From Gloeobacterales cyanobacterium (GTDB taxonomy: Bacteria; Cyanobacteriota; Cyanobacteriia; Gloeobacterales; PMM-0068), in NCBI GenBank assembly GCA_038245785.1, contig JBBRSB010000023.1:1-64000 (forward strand): a stretch of DNA of 64,000 nucleotides. Direction: 5' to 3'. Below are positions 61,989 through 64,000 of this stretch, piece after piece. Made by a program: the position numbers and the translations under genes. Below the pieces are notes generated by a model. That model was not told the origin of the DNA, did no database searches, and saw only the letters and a list, made by a program, of their open reading frames with translations. How positions within the stretch are numbered: the first letter of the stretch is position 1; every line of letters starts with the position of its first letter.

Positions 61989-62006
61989 AGAGGCTTCAAA
62001 GCCTCT
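61989..62006 (-). terminator. hairpin downstream of tRNA-Tyr
   Basis: AGAGGCTT-CA-AAGCCTCT. Confidence 0.55.
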
Positions 62007-62007
62007 C

Positions 62008-62091
62008 TGGTGGGCCGGGTTGGATTTGAACCAACGTAGCTTGCGCAGCGGATTTACAGTCCGCCCCCATTAACCACTCGGGCACCGACCC
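62008..62091 (-). tRNA. tRNA-Tyr(GTA) with encoded CCA
   Basis: GGGTCGGTGCCCGAGTGGTTAATGGGGGCGGACTGTAAATCCGCTGCGCAAGCTACGTTGGTTCAAATCCAACCCGGCCCACCA. Confidence 0.97.
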
Positions 62092-62170
62092 CCGAAACAC
62101 GCGTTATCGCGTTATTTAGAATACCTATGCGGAGGGTGCTTTAGCAAGAAAATTTTCGTAAAGTGAGATG

Positions 62171-62920
62171 TCACAGTTTACCCTGTGCCCAATAGCCAAG
62201 TAGGCCAAAATACTCATTGAGGGTGCCTTGGAGGAGTTGAGCACGCTCCCAAGCAGGAGCCAAATTCCAATCCATCTGAAATGGTTGCTGCTCTGCTGGT
62301 ATGGGGATCACCTTCATGCCTTGTTTCCGGAAGATCAAGGTGGAACGCAGCAGATGAATGCGTGAAGTGACAAGAAGAATCTGCTGGACATTGCGTTTCG
62401 ATAGAAGTTTCTGACTTTCCACGGCATTGTCGAAGGTGTTAAGCGAACTGCTTTCAAGAATGAGCGCTTTTGAAGGAACGCCTAGCCCTCGCAGAATAAT
62501 GGCCATGCTTTCAGCTTCCGAGCGTGGCCCGATAACGGTATATCCCCCGCTTATCAATACCAAAGGGGCATAGCCTGCTTTCCAAAGCTCCGCCGCCCTC
62601 TGGGCTCTCTCCGCTGAAGGCCTCACGGGGATACCTTCAGGACTTACACCACCTCCAAGGACTACAATCGCTCCAGCCTTGGCGGGCTGGGACTGGGGAG
62701 TGGCCTGCACCAAAGCCCAGGTCAGGACTTCTCTCAAGGGAGGCATAGTGCAGACTAAGGGATAGACCAAGGCTGCGGTCCAAAACCGTTTCTGCCAAGA
62801 TTTATAGCCATAGCGAGCTGCCCCGAAGCCCAAAACCAGAAAAATCAGAGCCCACCCTGGACCAATTAATAAAGTTTTCCAAAATCGGGTAACTTCTAAA
62901 AGAAATAAGTTGAGGTTCAC
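62171..62920 (-). CDS. YdcF/DUF218 family protein
   Basis: IVVLGGG, ISGG, SEA, NTFDNA, LVTSRIHLLR motifs. Confidence 0.9.
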   Translation of the reverse strand: MNLNLFLLEVTRFWKTLLIGPGWALIFLVLGFGAARYGYKSWQKRFWTAALVYPLVCTMPPLREVLTWALVQATPQSQPAKAGAIVVLGGGVSPEGIPVRPSAERAQRAAELWKAGYAPLVLISGGYTVIGPRSEAESMAIILRGLGVPSKALILESSSLNTFDNAVESQKLLSKRNVQQILLVTSRIHLLRSTLIFRKQGMKVIPIPAEQQPFQMDWNLAPAWERAQLLQGTLNEYFGLLGYWAQGKL

Positions 62921-62924
62921 CAGA

Positions 62925-64000
62925 CTATCTCCACCAAGATTCCAACTGGGCCATATCGAGATGGGTTTCTACCAGGACAGCTAGTTGATCAAACAGAGCA
63001 TCTCGCTCTACACGGTAATGTCCAGACAGCGGAGGAAGAGGAGCAAGTTTTTTCTGGCTGCGTAGGTCATTGAGCCAGGTTCTGCGCCAAGTGTGATTGT
63101 CTAGAAGACCATGCAGATAGGTTCCTGTAATGTTGCCCATCTTGGAGCCAAGCACAGGGTCTATGAATAAAGGTTTTGCCGAGCTGTATAAGGAAGAAAG
63201 TCCTTGATGTATCTCATACCCTTCGATGGGATCACCCTCTAGGGTCTCCGTCTGGACTTGACGAGTAATCTTTTGGTCTTCAAATACCGTATCCATAGAG
63301 ATTAAATTGAGTCCTTCAAAAATGCCGGGCATCCCTTCTAAACCTTCACTATCTTGAATCCGCCGACCCAACATTTGCCAGCCGCCACAAATACCCAACA
63401 CCGGACCTCCAGCCTGCACAAAATCCTGTAGCTGTTGGGCTAAACCATTACTCTTCATTGCCTCCAGGTCACTGATGGTGGCTTTTGACCCTGGCAGTAT
63501 TACGGCATCAGGAGTACCCAAAACGCCCTGGACTGGCACGTACCGCACCCGTACAGAAGGCTCTGCTTCTAAAGCGTCAAAATCTGTGAAATTGCTAATC
63601 CTGGGGTAACGGATGATAGCGATCTCCAGTTCAGCCTGACGTTTAGACGCTCTGGTGTCTAATAAGCTGACCGAATCCTCCGCAGGGAGGGCCGATTCAA
63701 ACCAGGGGATCACACCTACTACTGGAACTCCTGTGTACTCCTCCAGCCAATCGAGACCGGGCTGCAACAGGTCCAAGCTGCCCCTGAATTTATTGATCAC
63801 CAAACCCTTTACCAAAGCCCGCTCTTCAGGCTCTAGGAGTTGGAGCGTTCCCACTACATGGGCCAAGGCTCCTCCCCGATCAATATCAGCAATCAAAATC
63901 GCCGGACAGTTTAGATGTGTGGCCAGACGCATATTCGTCAGGTCCCGATGCTTAAGATTGACCTCTGCTGGAGAGCCAGCCCCTTCGAGTACGATGACCT
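62925..64000 (-). CDS. cobQ: cobyric acid synthase (5' part outside the window)
   Basis: EGAGSPAE region, DIDRGG, ISNFTDFD, GICGG, GTYLHG motifs. Confidence 0.96.
   Translation of the reverse strand, partial: VIVLEGAGSPAEVNLKHRDLTNMRLATHLNCPAILIADIDRGGALAHVVGTLQLLEPEERALVKGLVINKFRGSLDLLQPGLDWLEEYTGVPVVGVIPWFESALPAEDSVSLLDTRASKRQAELEIAIIRYPRISNFTDFDALEAEPSVRVRYVPVQGVLGTPDAVILPGSKATISDLEAMKSNGLAQQLQDFVQAGGPVLGICGGWQMLGRRIQDSEGLEGMPGIFEGLNLISMDTVFEDQKITRQVQTETLEGDPIEGYEIHQGLSSLYSSAKPLFIDPVLGSKMGNITGTYLHGLLDNHTWRRTWLNDLRSQKKLAPLPPLSGHYRVERDALFDQLAVLVETHLDMAQLESWWR

Noticed and set aside
53300..62091. integrative element at tRNA-Tyr
   Set aside because: I saw no integrase and no duplicate of the tRNA 3' end (att site) in the window.

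Overview
Cyanobacterial chromosomal segment. An early-branching Gloeobacterales-like host is an inference from protein style and the apparent scarcity of HIP1 octamers (by-eye scan only). Core genes include pyrH, atpC, rdgB, lptAB/lptFG, grxC-gshB, dps, rpmF, moaB, ccs1-ccsA, two tandem lepB copies, thyX, purM, rlpA, cbiT, cobQ and tRNA-Tyr. Four accessory modules stand out. (1) A complete IS110 element (5-1167) whose bridge-RNA target and donor guides, CT core and circle-junction promoter can be read directly from the sequence. (2) An AT-rich putative RiPP locus (about 17.8-31.2 kb): an unusually large 211-aa NHLP-like precursor ending YIPTCNC, a fused YcaO cyclodehydratase, an amidohydrolase and an O-methyltransferase. 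It is bracketed by an HTH-AAA_35 protein and a 2071-aa kinase-AAA-GAF-PAS-AAA_35 sensor, with a phased 12-bp repeat array upstream. (3) A four-gene cassette (46.4-49.1 kb): STAS-wHTH regulator, SSB with an extra C-terminal domain, divergent sigma70 and a free-standing DnaX/tau C-terminal-like domain. (4) An oxidative/general-stress cluster (osmC, tspO, doxX, AKRs, formaldehyde dehydrogenase, katE) beside tRNA-Tyr. Smaller items: an unannotated UPF0175 antitoxin pseudogene, small ORFs and a candidate sRNA at 43.4-44.0 kb, a membrane pseudokinase, and nested GNA-loop hairpin repeats. All family assignments come from motif recognition; no database searches were run.
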